Notes: generated by a model not told the origin, from the letters alone. Counted from the first letter of the stretch, positions 38,045 through 49,426 are shown. The stretch: 58,807 nucleotides of DNA from a virus (IMGVR_UViG_3300017540_000003:1-58807); one strand, 5' to 3'. Numbers and translations are program-made.

Positions 38045-39627
38045 GCGAACACCACCTCCTCAATATGAATTTCAATAGTCTTGCTCATCGGTAAGCCTCC
38101 TTGAGAAAATTGATCAATTTATCACTTAGTTCCTTGGCCTCCCGAAAGTCCAGCGTAAAAGACTGTGCGGCTGAGGTTCGCTCTGTAAGCTGTGTCGTCA
38201 ATGTGACCTGTACCCTGCGTTGCATCCACGGGTCAGACTCGGAAACCGTGATGTCATAAGGAATGTAATCAGTCATGCTAAACCTCCTTGAGTGTGTAAG
38301 TAGTATCAGGGTAGCGGTCAGCGAACTGTTGTGCAAGGGCCTGGATCATATACTTCGGCCCCTCGATAATCGTCTTACCCTCAGCGTTGAGCAGGGCGTA
38401 GCGGGTGGGTGTCAACGCTCCTCCTTTACGATTGCGTAGCCCGCGCTGTGCAGGTTCTCTACAATCCAATCAAGAACCCACAGACACTCCACCATCGCGG
38501 CCTGCATAGGCTTCGCGCGAGGATCGTACATATCTTCAATAGCGCCGTACAGCGCCTCGACCTGGCGATAGGTGCTGAGCTTGCTCACGACTCCTCCGGG
38601 TTCAGGTAGTAGTTCAGCGTTCGCACGCGCTCTTCCGCCCACGCCCGCGCCTGCTCGTCGGTGACCAGCGTGTTCAGCGGGTAGTCCTCTTCGATGAGGC
38701 CATACTCCGAGTAGCCGCTACCCATGAAACCGCGATCCAGCGATTTGTAATAGGCCAGCGCCTCACTGTGCGAGTCAAAGCCATCGTCGCCATTGCGGAT
38801 CGTGGCGGGCCAGCCGTCCTCCAGCGTGGACATGAAGCCGTGAACAAGGTACCACCGACCGGTGTCCCTGTTGAACTTAACCGTGTGGTACGTATCGCTG
38901 CTCACTTCTCCTCCTTGTCTACCGAACGTCGTCCAGCGCCGTACACAGCGTAGCCGATGCGGACGATGGTAGCAAGGGCGAGAGCAACGGCGCACGCCCA
39001 GAGGGAAACCCACACATTGACGAGCCCGAGTGCAATCACCGCCAGCATGAGAGTTGCCCAAGCGTACACAGCTATGAGAGTGTTCAGTTCCTCGCGCATC
39101 ACTTCTCCACCTCTCCGAACGTAGACTCACGCCGCGCGTCAACAAGCCGATACTTCTCGTAGCCGCACGCCAAGTTCGCAATGCGGATGGATTCGGCGTC
39201 GAAGGTGCCGTCAGCAAACGGACTCCAGTCGTGGTCTGGGGTCGGGCGGTACTCGATTGTCATGCTTCCTCCGATCTTCCTTTGCATACGCCTTCACAAT
39301 CAGATTGAACTCCGGGTTGGGGAAGTTGGCTTCCGCGTTGTAGCGCTCTGCCTCCTCTTTGCTGTCGAACACATAGACCATGCGGACCTTGAGGTCAGAA
39401 CCTTCGCGGTAACGGTTAACGAGTGCGTACATGTCAGCACTCCTTCGAGTAGTCCAGCAGCAGGCTCTCGAAGTCATCGTCCGAGAGGTAGTAGCCGTCA
39501 TCGGTGCCAATAGCGCGGCTGATACCCAGCAGCACTTCCTTGGCCTGCTCGCCCGTGAGATTCAGTTCGATGAAGCGGTTGCGAAGAGTCTCGCGCATTT
39601 CAAAACTCCCTTCGTTCGGTTGCTTGT

Positions 39628-39656
39628 AGCCTAGTCGGTTGCGGGTTAGGTGTCAA
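39628..39656 (-). promoter_or_regulatory. SigA-type early promoter
   Basis: TTGACA-N17-TAGGCT. Confidence 0.75.
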
Positions 39657-40317
39657 CTCCACCGCCACCCGTCCGGGCCGTAGTGGAACGTGCCGTAGAC
39701 CTTGCCGCTGGGCGTCAGCACGTCGAACACGAGGCCCGCATCGTGACCGAGGTTATCCTTCGCGTGAAGAGCTGCCAGCGTGCTGTACAAAGCGCGAGGC
39801 GCGTCCTCCTTAATCACGTGCCGAATGACGCGAGGGGACTCTGGTGGTGCGGCTGGGCCAAAGGAGGAGGTGGACTTTTTCACTTCCAGCACTTGCGTCC
39901 ACACCGGCAACCACGAGTCGATACGCTTCTCGTCGTCCTCGTGCGGCGGGTCACCCCACACCAGCCCCGCCTTCACAAGCGAGGCGTGCTCAGCGGCACT
40001 TTTAAACGTGTGCCACCGCTCACCCTTCAGCAGGGCGATGTAGTCGGCGGTGCGAGACGGGTGGGTGCTCATCGGGCCGCAAGCCATTCCTCGTAGCGTT
40101 GCACGTCCCAAACCACAAGGCCGGTCTGCTCGTCAAGGTAGAGGTCAAGGTCAACCGAGACATCTTCCGGGTAGCCGTAGCCGCGCTCGCGGGTTTGCGT
40201 GACCCGAGCCTCGATAGGCGTATATGTTCGCTCCGACTCCTCGACCAGCCGAAGGGTCGCTATAGGGTAGATCGCTCCATTGTTGATTGCCATTTCAATC
40301 CTCCTTCGTTCAGCTAA

Positions 40318-40346
40318 AGCCTAGTCGCTTGCTCGGTTGGTGTCAA
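40318..40346 (-). promoter_or_regulatory. SigA-type early promoter
   Basis: TTGACA-N17-TAGGCT; shares GTTGACACC...CGACTAGGCT with the 39628 promoter. Confidence 0.75.
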
Positions 40347-40854
40347 CCGCCCGGATCGCAGCCTCAAGCTCCGACCAGTCGTTGCCTGAGCGCAGTCCCC
40401 ACTCAGCGAACTCCGGGTGCTCGGCGTTCCAAGCCAGGGAATCCTCGTGCCAGATGATCTGACCGGCCTCCACGCGGGCAAGCCACGGCGGGGTGTCGAA
40501 GTCGAAGTGGATTTTCAGCCACTCGCCACCGGTAGCCTCGATACCGTACCAGTTGCCCGAAAGGTGGTCAATCGGCGGCTCCCACCCGGCAAGGTAGCGC
40601 GTCTTGAACGTGTCGTGGTGGCGGATACCGCTAGCTGCCTTGATGTAGGTCAGTGGGATTTTCCGGTCGGCGGCCTCCCGAATCGCCTGCCGCAAGTTGC
40701 GCTCGGCTGTCTCGTTGCGCTTGGCAATCAACTCCTGAACCTCGATCTGAGTGCGGTAGTCCTGCTCGTCCAACTCCCGACGGGCACGGCGCACCTCCTC
40801 CAGCACCGCCTTCTCAGCCGGGGTCAACTGCGTTTTCGTACGGGGCATTTTCAA
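40321..40854 (-). CDS. Hypothetical protein, possible HTH DNA-binding domain
   Basis: RQAIREAADRKIPLTYIKAASGI...TFKTRY. Confidence 0.5.
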   Translation of the reverse strand: MKMPRTKTQLTPAEKAVLEEVRRARRELDEQDYRTQIEVQELIAKRNETAERNLRQAIREAADRKIPLTYIKAASGIRHHDTFKTRYLAGWEPPIDHLSGNWYGIEATGGEWLKIHFDFDTPPWLARVEAGQIIWHEDSLAWNAEHPEFAEWGLRSGNDWSELEAAIRAVDTNRASD

Positions 40855-41144
40855 TCCTCCTTGTGGATGTTCATGATTCTGGTGAGCACCTTCCGAGCGT
40901 GGTCGATGTGCTCGGGCAGGTTACCGCACTCGTCGAGGTCGAGCAAGTACCACTCGGCCACCTCTGCAACGGTCTCCGACGGGTCGGCGCAGTCAATGCG
41001 GAACGCTACCAGAATTGGGTTCGGATCGGGGCGGGCACACTCGCGGGCGGTGCTGGTGAACTGCATTTGGTCCTCCTTCGGTCGGTTTCCGTTGTCCCTA
41101 GTCTGACAGACGGGGCCGTTCTCGTGCTGGATTTTTGGTAACAA

Positions 41145-41480
41145 CAGGGTAACGGTTGGTCATTAAGTTCGGATAATGTGTCGAATAAAAACGCGATTTG
41201 AAACTTTTAGTGAAATGTTATGAGGTTAGATTATGGGCTTGTAACCGTATTTTTAGGGTTTCGGGCGATGTAACGTAATCCGAGAAGCCCGTATTTACAG
41301 GGAAGTTGGTGTGAGATTGTCCCTATACATGTAAGCTTTAAAGTACATGTTATATAACTTATTCCTCGTTACACGTAATAGAGAAGGTGTTAAGGCGATC
41401 TGACGGTAACTTCCCCGTATTTACAGGGGACACGGGTTCTATACAGGTTTTGTACAGGATTCGTTCAGGATTGACGGGTG
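41145..41480. other. AT-rich non-coding region with repeats, candidate replication origin
   Basis: Low GC; CCCGTATTTACAGGG at 41288 and 41414; several GTAAC copies; TACATGT twice. Confidence 0.5.
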
Positions 41481-41543
41481 ACACGAACGGGGGGCACCCA
41501 AACGGGGGTCAGATCGCGACGATGCTCCCGCAAGGAGCGGTCG

Positions 41544-41828
41544 CTAGACTGCGACTATACGCCAGCACTCTGAGGCCGGACGGTCGCAATAGCGGCAAAT
41601 CACCCCGAGGGTGACTGCCTCTCTGATCGAGTCGGTAGCGTTCTGGCAGATGAGGGCCGCGAACCCGTCGCATGCCTTCACGTAGTGAGTCACGCTATGC
41701 GAACACGGCACGTAGTACCACTCGGAAGGGTCGTGGCGAGTTTTGCTCTGGCAGGTCGGCTCGTCATCCAGGCTCGCCTCAAGGTAGAGCAGGGCGACCT
41801 CGGTTGCGTTGAGGGTGGGCATTTTCAA
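41544..41828 (-). CDS. Small Cys-rich hypothetical protein
   Basis: AAGGAG RBS. Confidence 0.5.
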   Translation of the reverse strand: MKMPTLNATEVALLYLEASLDDEPTCQSKTRHDPSEWYYVPCSHSVTHYVKACDGFAALICQNATDSIREAVTLGVICRYCDRPASECWRIVAV

Positions 41829-42192
41829 GGCTCCTTATCTGAGTCGGTTCTTCGGCTTGCCTAGCCACCCGATTTTTGCCGGGGGACGTAGGGTAGGGCA
41901 GATTTGGCCGTAGGCCGCACACCAAGCGGCCTAGGACGCGATTTCGTGGGCCGGATTGGTTTGCGGACGGTTGCGGATTTTTATAGGCTTAGAACGCCGT
42001 TTTTACTAAGGCAGGAACGTAAGCCGTTCACGGGGTACGAAACGAACGGTGTCGCGACCCTGCGAATCGCGAGCAAGCACTCTGAACAGGCCCCGTTGGT
42101 AGTCGAGCACCCGGACTTTGTAACGTCGCCCATTCTGAGAGAGCACGGCATGAGTCGGCAGGGTCATCGTCGGCCCCTCAGCTCCTTCGGGA

Positions 42193-42435
42193 TCAACGGT
42201 ATTCGGTGCCGAGTCGGGAGACAGTGAAGTGGTAGACGATTCTCCCCGTCTCGCTCAGCGTAACCCGATTCTTACGAGTCCACTGAACCGCCTCAGGGTG
42301 AGGAACGGCACGCCTAGCGGCCTTACGTGCCGCCGACTCATGGGCCGCCGTATTGGGGTAGGGAGTTTCAACGATGACGGTATGCGAACCGTCACCGTCC
42401 CAGCGGACTTCGGTGACTTTGGTGATCTTGGACAT
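42193..42435 (-). CDS. Early hypothetical protein
   Basis: AAAGGGG RBS. Confidence 0.55.
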   Translation of the reverse strand: MSKITKVTEVRWDGDGSHTVIVETPYPNTAAHESAARKAARRAVPHPEAVQWTRKNRVTLSETGRIVYHFTVSRLGTEYR

Positions 42436-43454
42436 TCTTAGCGTCCCCTTTCTGGGATGAGGTGCCCTAGGGCAATGAGAATCACACCTAGGGCGAGAGT
42501 TGCCAGGATCGACACCTAGCGCTCAATCAGATTGACGACGAGCCACAGAGCTGTCAGCGCGGCGAACGTGAGGGCGAACGTCAGCACGTTGCCCACAATG
42601 CGCCGGATGCGCTTACGGCGACGGGCGGCAAGGTACTCACGAGTCCACCATGCGGCGTATTCAACGGCGGTTTGAGGCGGTTCGTTCTCCGGGTGCATTA
42701 CCATGCACCCCCAAACGCAACACGGGCAGCACGCTTAGACTGTCGGGCGGCCCGCAGCTCGAACGAGCGGACGCGCTCATTCTGACGCCGCTCACGGTAC
42801 ATTTCGCGAGCCTCAGGGCTTTTACGGTTCGACATTTCTGCTCCCTTACAGGTTCCGATTGTCTCTTCAGGCCACGATTACGGAATTACGCGGCGACGCG
42901 CCCCGTAGGGCACGTTTCGACTGTTCAGCGGTTCATGTAGTCGTGATAGTGCACATCCGCGATAGCCCGGACGGATTGCGGATAGTAACGGGCGATGACT
43001 TCCGAATGACCATCGTCTCCGAAGAAACACGTCTCAATCGCACCATCGGGCAGCATGACCGTACTTAGTTCGCCGCCCGGAACGCGCTTAATAATCGCCT
43101 TTGCCATTTCCATGTCCATGTCCTTTCAGTCCTTGGGCGACCTACTCACCCGCCCCCGCTCCCGTAGGGCCGTCGAGGGGCACGCCTACGGGAACGGAGA
43201 CTAGCGGTTAGGGCTTGACGACGTGCGAGATCCGGCCCGCCCGCGTCAGGGCGAAAGTGTGCGGAGTGTCGCGGAACTCACGGTTCTCGATACCGTAGGC
43301 GAGTCCCGCGTCGTTGCTGATCCGGTACGACTCTCCCGTGTCCAGCACGACACTGACCATCGGGTTTCCGTAGACAGTGTGCCCGTGCCGGATGACTCGG
43401 GTGACTTTGCCGGTGATGGTTGCCATGATCTTGCCTTTCGTTTGGTGTGTTTGG

Positions 43455-43483
43455 ATTCTTACGGTTGCGGGGCATTCTGTCAA
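43455..43483 (-). promoter_or_regulatory. SigA-type early promoter
   Basis: TTGACA-N17-AAGAAT. Confidence 0.55.
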
Positions 43484-43880
43484 GCCCCGTTGAGGTCAGT
43501 CGATCCGGTACTCTGCAAAGTGCAGCCACGCGCCGGGCGGGACGGGCACGCCACCAAATGCGGGGGACTCGTCCCATTCCGAGAGCGGCAGGGACACTAT
43601 GTTCAGCTCCACATAGGCGCGTAGGCTCATGTCGCCGGAGTCCGGGCTCCGCTCGCCCAGCTCCGCCGCAATGCAGTCAATTGCGCGCGTGAGCCCCCTG
43701 GGAGTATCGCGGGTGAGTACGTGCCAACGGCCATAACCGTCAGCGTAGGCGAGAGTGTCGGTCATCGTTCTTCCCTTGTCTGCCCCCGTGTGTCGGGAGC
43801 TAGTGCCCTCACCCGGTAGCGAACCGGCGGGCTCACGTAGTGAGACTCGGAGAGTCTTTCTCTCGTGAGGGCTGTTGCGC

Positions 43881-44198
43881 CTAAGGGTGCGCATATCCCC
43901 CGTTAGCGCGGTACTCGCGACGCTCCTCGATGGTCATCGGTGTAATCTTGAGATTACGGGAACCGTCAGGCAGGGGGTAGACCCGGCCAGAGTAGTCCCC
44001 CCGGCGTCGGACGCCCAGCAGGGTGACGGCCGCATAGTTGTTGTCACTGGCAATGAATCGGGCGTTATCGATTAGCGCCTCGGTGGCGCGCCATGTAGAC
44101 CAACGTCCGTCATATTGGGCGATGACATGTGTTCCCAGCTCGTGAAACTTTGTTCCGTCGTGGCGTGTGTACTCAATTTCGAGAAATGCGGTCGCCAT
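43881..44198 (-). CDS. Early hypothetical protein
   Basis: GGAGGG RBS. Confidence 0.55.
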   Translation of the reverse strand: MATAFLEIEYTRHDGTKFHELGTHVIAQYDGRWSTWRATEALIDNARFIASDNNYAAVTLLGVRRRGDYSGRVYPLPDGSRNLKITPMTIEERREYRANGGYAHP

Positions 44199-44385
44199 TG
44201 TTTCTTCCCTCCATCATGTAGCCGACTGTCGGCTAGCGTGCCCTAGTCCCCTATGACGGGGTACGCCTTGCGCGCTAGGGCTAGTGTTCAGTTGTGTGCG
44301 TGCGCGTAGCTGGCGAGCCCAGCGGTTGAGGATACGTTGCGGTACACGAGCGCGTTATAGCGCGGCGTGTGCGGCGGGTAGGGAA

Positions 44386-44640
44386 TCATGCGCGAACTGA
44401 GTCCGGCTCATCGTCCCGCAGAAGGCGAGACTCCCAAGTGATCCATGCGGAGTCTTCCGCCTGCGCCACGATGACGGGTTGTGTCATGCGGGTGCTGACG
44501 ATGCCAAAGTGTCCGGCCAGCTCGACGCGCGCCCGGACAAACATAGGGGCGGCGGTTCGCTTGCGGGTGGTGTACGTGACTCGGGCGACGCCGGGGGCGA
44601 CTTCCTGCGCGTGGCCGTAGGGCTGATACTTGAGTGCCAT
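44386..44640 (-). CDS. Early hypothetical protein
   Basis: AGGA RBS. Confidence 0.5.
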   Translation of the reverse strand: MALKYQPYGHAQEVAPGVARVTYTTRKRTAAPMFVRARVELAGHFGIVSTRMTQPVIVAQAEDSAWITWESRLLRDDEPDSVRA

Positions 44641-45006
44641 GTTTCCTATCCTTAGTTGCTGACGAGAACGGCGACGGGGGTACGGTAGTCCCGGTTAGCG
44701 GCGCGCCACACGGCGATAACGTCCGACTTGTCCTTGCGAACGTCGCGGGTTGCGGGGAGAACAACCGTGTGCAGCACTTCACGAGTGCGGCGGTGAATGA
44801 TGGTGTAGGTGTACACGCTAGTTGTCCTTTCGGGTGGGCCATGCGTCGCCGTTATGCGCGTCGCAAGGGCCGGTGCCGGGGTAGTAGAGGGCGCGATGCT
44901 CGCAGACGGGGCAGGGGGTCGCGTTGCATTCCGTGCAGTAGCCGAATCCGCCGATACCGCGGTGAGCACCATCCGGTGTGCGGGTGCAGTTGCTATTCAT
45001 GACTAC

Positions 45007-45035
45007 ATACTGCCCTACGACGCGCGTCATGTCAA
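45007..45035 (-). promoter_or_regulatory. SigA-type promoter heading the minus-strand arm
   Basis: TTGACA-N17-CAGTAT, with ATG (45000) 6 nt downstream. Confidence 0.6.
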
Positions 45036-45071
45036 CCCCGGCGCGGCGAATACCCTACCCCCCGTTAGGGG

Positions 45072-45420
45072 GCGTACATACGTTCGATGGCTCGCCTAGC
45101 GGCGGCCTGCTGCCGCATAGTACGCGCGTGAGCTGCACACCCGGCGCGGCAGGGGGCACGCCCGGCGGGAGGGTGCGGAGCGCGTGGCGAGGAACCGGCG
45201 CGAGCTACATGCGCGAGCAAGCCCGCGCTAGCGAGGCTATTAGAACACGTATTCGATTAGGGTTGCCTAACCGCAGTACGGGCGGCGCGGGGCGCGAATC
45301 GAACGTATGTTCGGAACGTATGTACTAGTGTGGGCGCGGCGCGAGGGCGAGGGGGGCCGGGCGGCAGGGGGCGGACGTATGTTCGAGGGGAAAGGTTGCG
45401 GATTTCGAATGGATGTTCGA
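45072..45420. promoter_or_regulatory. Cluster of six LexA/SOS-box-like sites
   Basis: Matches to TCGAAC-N4-GTTCGA at 45072, 45241, 45299, 45312, 45371 and 45405. Confidence 0.65.
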
Positions 45421-45686
45421 GTGAAAAAGACGCGCGTCCCACCCGTGCGAATCTCGCAGCCCTAAACCTTTTTCTATGGGCGCGAATGTCACACCTAACC
45501 CCCCTTTCCGAAAAATTTTTCATTTGTGTTTTTGGCCCTAAGGCCATCTTGCTGTGAAATCGCTGTGAACCGCCGCTGTTTTGGCACGTTCGGCCTGTGT
45601 GCCTGGTTACAGTGGGGGTGCGCGGTGTGGCACGGTGTAGTATCAGCGCGTTCGGGATGGTTTTTAAAAAACGGATGGAGGTTGCG

Positions 45687-46589
45687 GTGGTTTTGATGCT
45701 GGACTTGTTTGCTGGCACTGGGGTTGGCGTGGCAGCGCAGCGCCTGGGGATTGAGGAGCACGGTGTGGAGATCATGCCGGAGGCGGTTGAAACCCGCGAG
45801 CTGAATGGCATGAAGACCGTGTTCAATGACGTTTGGGACGTTCACTTGCTTCCCGATGTGGAGTACGATATTCTCTGGGGGTCTCCGCCGTGTCAAACGT
45901 TTTCGAGTGCGGGCACGGGTTCTGGGCGTGCGGCGCTAGCGAGTGTCCTGGCGGCGGTGGAGGCTGGAGAGTGGCAGACGGTTCCAGGTTTGCGTGCGCT
46001 TGCTGGGCGGGTGGGGGATGATCGCACGGCGCTGGTTCTTGCTCCGCTTCATTACGCCTTCCGGTTGGCTCCACGGGCGGTTGTCTTGGAGCAGGTTCCA
46101 TCTGTACTGCCAGTATGGGAGGCGGTTGCTGGGGTTCTGCGCAGGTGGGGTTATTCGGCGTGGGTCGGGGTGTTGGATTCCGCCGATTATGGAGTTCCAC
46201 AGAGTAGAAAGAGGGCTTATCTGGTGGCGCGTACGGACGGTGAGGCGTTTCCGCCAACGCCTACTGGGCGAGTTGCATTGAGTTCCATCCGCCCGGATCA
46301 GGATGGCTTGATCTCGAATTACAGTCATAATGGGCGAGAGGGCGGCATCGTCGTTCCCGGAAGCAAGAAACCGCGTGGTTACCGTTCGATTAACGAGCAG
46401 GCGTTTACCGCGACGAGCAAGGTGATGAGTCAGCGTTGGTTTCCGTCGATGGAGCGTGTTTCCGAGCGGGAGGCAAAGGCTATCCAGTCATACCCCGATG
46501 GTTTTGCATTCACAGCGAAGGCGGGGTTGCAGATCGGGAATGCCGTCCCTCCGTTGATGGCGGAGGCCGTTCTACGGACGCTGTTGTAG
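45687..46589 (+). CDS. DNA (cytosine-5) methyltransferase
   Basis: DLFAGTG, GSPPCQ, LEQV, PQSRKR, QIGNAVPP; GGAGG before GTG 45687 (start uncertain). Confidence 0.9.
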   Translation: MVLMLDLFAGTGVGVAAQRLGIEEHGVEIMPEAVETRELNGMKTVFNDVWDVHLLPDVEYDILWGSPPCQTFSSAGTGSGRAALASVLAAVEAGEWQTVPGLRALAGRVGDDRTALVLAPLHYAFRLAPRAVVLEQVPSVLPVWEAVAGVLRRWGYSAWVGVLDSADYGVPQSRKRAYLVARTDGEAFPPTPTGRVALSSIRPDQDGLISNYSHNGREGGIVVPGSKKPRGYRSINEQAFTATSKVMSQRWFPSMERVSEREAKAIQSYPDGFAFTAKAGLQIGNAVPPLMAEAVLRTLL

Positions 46590-46960
46590 TGGCGAAACAT
46601 CTCGCATCGCACCTACCCCCGCAGCACCCCTTGGTCTCCGATTTTTTTCAATGCACTTTGCCGCCCTAGTGGCCCCCTTCCGGCTGATTGCTGGCAAAAC
46701 GCTGTGAACACCTCTGTTTTCGCGCCAAACGCACCTGCCGCGTGGTTATGCTAGGGGCAACAGAAAGGAGTGGTGATGAGCAAGGCGAATGCGCTGTATT
46801 GGCATCGGGTTGCGGTGCGAGGTGTTGCCGACGCGATTGCCGAGGATGGTGATGTTTTCGTGTACGTCCTCAGTTCGGATGACCTCGGAGTTGACTTCGC
46901 GGTCGAGGGGGATTCGGCGTACCGTGTCGAGGTGCGCTTGTTCGAGTTGAAGGAGGATAA

Positions 46961-47500
46961 GTGACGACAATCGTAGCTGTGCAGGAAAAGGGGAACGTGG
47001 TATTCGCCTCGGACAGCCAGACAAGTTGGGACGGGCGTAAGTCGTGGAGCGCGGAGAAGGTGTTCCGCAACGGGGGACTGGTGATCGGGGCGGCTGGAGA
47101 CGTGCGAGTGAGCAACGTGTTCGAGACCGCCGAACTCCCCCAGCCGGAGCCGTCGTTACGTAAGCGTGGTGATATCTACCGGTGGCTTGTGAATCATCTG
47201 GTTCCCGCGCTTCAGAAGGCGCTGGAGGATGCCAGAACGCTGAGCGAGAGCAACGGGGAGACGGGCAACCGCGGTTCATTTCTTGTCGCCGTCAACAATC
47301 AGGTGTTCGAACTTTCATCGGACTTTGCGGTGACAACGGAGCGCAGCGGTAAGTACGCTATCGGCAGCAGTGATGCTGTTGCCATCGGTGCGCTGGAGGC
47401 GGGGGCGTCCCCTCGTGAAGCAGTGAAGATCGCCACCTTGTATGATTCGTGGTCGGGTGGTAGTGTTCGAGTGACCAACAGCAACGGAGGAGTGAAGTGA
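46961..47500 (+). CDS. Ntn-hydrolase, HslV/proteasome beta-like peptidase
   Basis: MTTIVAV, ASDSQ, EKVF, AIGSS..A.GAL, D..SGG. Confidence 0.75.
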   Translation: MTTIVAVQEKGNVVFASDSQTSWDGRKSWSAEKVFRNGGLVIGAAGDVRVSNVFETAELPQPEPSLRKRGDIYRWLVNHLVPALQKALEDARTLSESNGETGNRGSFLVAVNNQVFELSSDFAVTTERSGKYAIGSSDAVAIGALEAGASPREAVKIATLYDSWSGGSVRVTNSNGGVK

Positions 47501-48464
47501 GTTTGCGAGAAAAGTCTACGGAAGGGTGGCTTGCTGATCTTGAAAAGCCGCTGAATTGGCGAGTTGTCGAGGTTCGGCAGGGCAAAAAGGTGTGGTACGA
47601 GGTGCGGGCCGAGGACTCTGCGCTGGTTGTGACTAATAGCGACTCCCTTGCTCCCTGGCGGTTTCGCAGTGAGAGGAGTGCCATGCGGTGCGCGATTCGG
47701 GAGAACAAGCGCGAGCGGGAACATGTGAATCGAGAGGAGACGTGGCTATGAGTAGCGGAAGCGCCAAGACTGAACTAACTCGCAGCGAGATCGACGCGAT
47801 TATTCAGGGGTTGTATCTGGAGTACTACCGGAACCGCATTCCTGTGCCTCCGCCGCACCGCGAGAGCGAGGAGTTGGCGTATTGGTGGGGTCGGTGGGAG
47901 AGCGCGGAGGGTGAGTGATGGCCGACAAGAAATGGAGTAGCGAATACTTCAACTTCACCCAGGACGGCTGGCTATGGGGTGATAGCGACATTCCGGGAGG
48001 GTCGATTGGTGAACTGTTGACCCCCAACGAAGCCCTGAACCTCGCCAGCGCATTGCTTCAGTACGCAACGCAGAACGGTGCGACCAATGATTGAAGTCTA
48101 CCGGCTCGAAGAGGGCGTCCGCACCTTGCGGTTGTTCCACGGTGGCTGGCTGCTGATTGACGGCCCAGCCTCGGGCATTCAACTGACCGCAGATTCCGCT
48201 TATGCACTGGCAGCCGCTCTTGTCGAGTGGGCCGATGGGGAGGAATGGCTTTCCCGTGAGCAAGCCGACTGAATAGCGCAGATTCCCACCTGGCTACAGC
48301 AAGGAGTAAGAAGTGAGTAAGGTTACTGGATTCGCGATGGGCGGGGGTGTGCTGTGGTACCTTTCGGCCTGCAAGAACTGCGGCAAGGAAACGAGGTCGA
48401 TAGATAAGGCGAATTGGGTTCATAGTGGTAGTTACTCAAGTATGTGCGAAAGGATGCGGATTAA

Positions 48465-48749
48465 ATGACCGAACGTAAGTACACGCGAGCCGAGTTCGAT
48501 ACGGAGTTGCGTGCCACTTGGGAGGGCTACGACGACGCCAAGAAGCAGCAGGCCCGGAACCGCATCCTCTCGTGGTTTGACTCGGTACAGCACGACCTGG
48601 GGCATGTCGGAGCACTCTACGATAACCTGAAGCGTGTAACGGCGGAGAAGGTGGCGGCAGAAGTCCGCGCTGAGGAGGCTGAGCAGCGCATTTGGCACTT
48701 GGAGCGGCAGTTGGCGGCGAAGCGAGTTGAGGAGGAGCGAGATGAGTAA
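48465..48749 (+). CDS. Hypothetical coiled-coil protein
   Basis: ORF in the plus-strand small-gene chain. Confidence 0.5.
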   Translation: MTERKYTRAEFDTELRATWEGYDDAKKQQARNRILSWFDSVQHDLGHVGALYDNLKRVTAEKVAAEVRAEEAEQRIWHLERQLAAKRVEEERDE

Positions 48750-49426
48750 CGTGGTCTACCAAACGAGCAAGCCGCGGTACGTGGTTGAGCGTCTTTGGCG
48801 GGACGGCTGGGACGCTGGTACGTGGGCGGCGGATAGTGGTTTCGCGATCCTAGAGAACGCCCAAGAGTACGCAGACGAGCAGCAGGCGATCTTTCCCGAA
48901 GAAGAGTTCCGCGTTGTGGATACGCAGCCCGAGTAGTGTAGGCTAGCCACATGACCGACGCATACGCAAATAGCGGTAACTCCACCTACGAGTTCCATGA
49001 TCTGTGTCTATGGTTGGAGCGGGAGCACGAGTGGCTGTTCACGGCGCGGTTTGAGGGCGTGACGATCATCGCGTCCACCAACCCGGACCCCACCCCGGAG
49101 GAGATCATTGACGAACTGCTCCACAAGGCCAAAGAGGTGCGTAATCATCCATCTCATCACTTGAGGTTGGTGGGTAATGACCAATCCTAACGTCGTAGCG
49201 AAGCCGGATAAACTGGTGGACTCGCTGCTGGAGAAGATTTACGAGCAGCAGCAGACGATTCAGATTCTGGAAGGGGAGCTGCAAACGCTGTATAACAAGG
49301 TGCTGATTCTAGAAGGAGGGTGAAGATGGGCTTCCTGAACGACCTAGTGAACGACGCATTCGACGCGGCGGAGTCTGCGGGTAAGCGCCTGGAAGACTGG
49401 TTCGCAAAGGCGATTGGCGAGGAGGA

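Noticed and set aside
48952-48960. Exact match to U4 spacer B (TGACCGACG)
   Set aside because: Spacer A does not match on either side, and single 9-mer hits are expected by chance.
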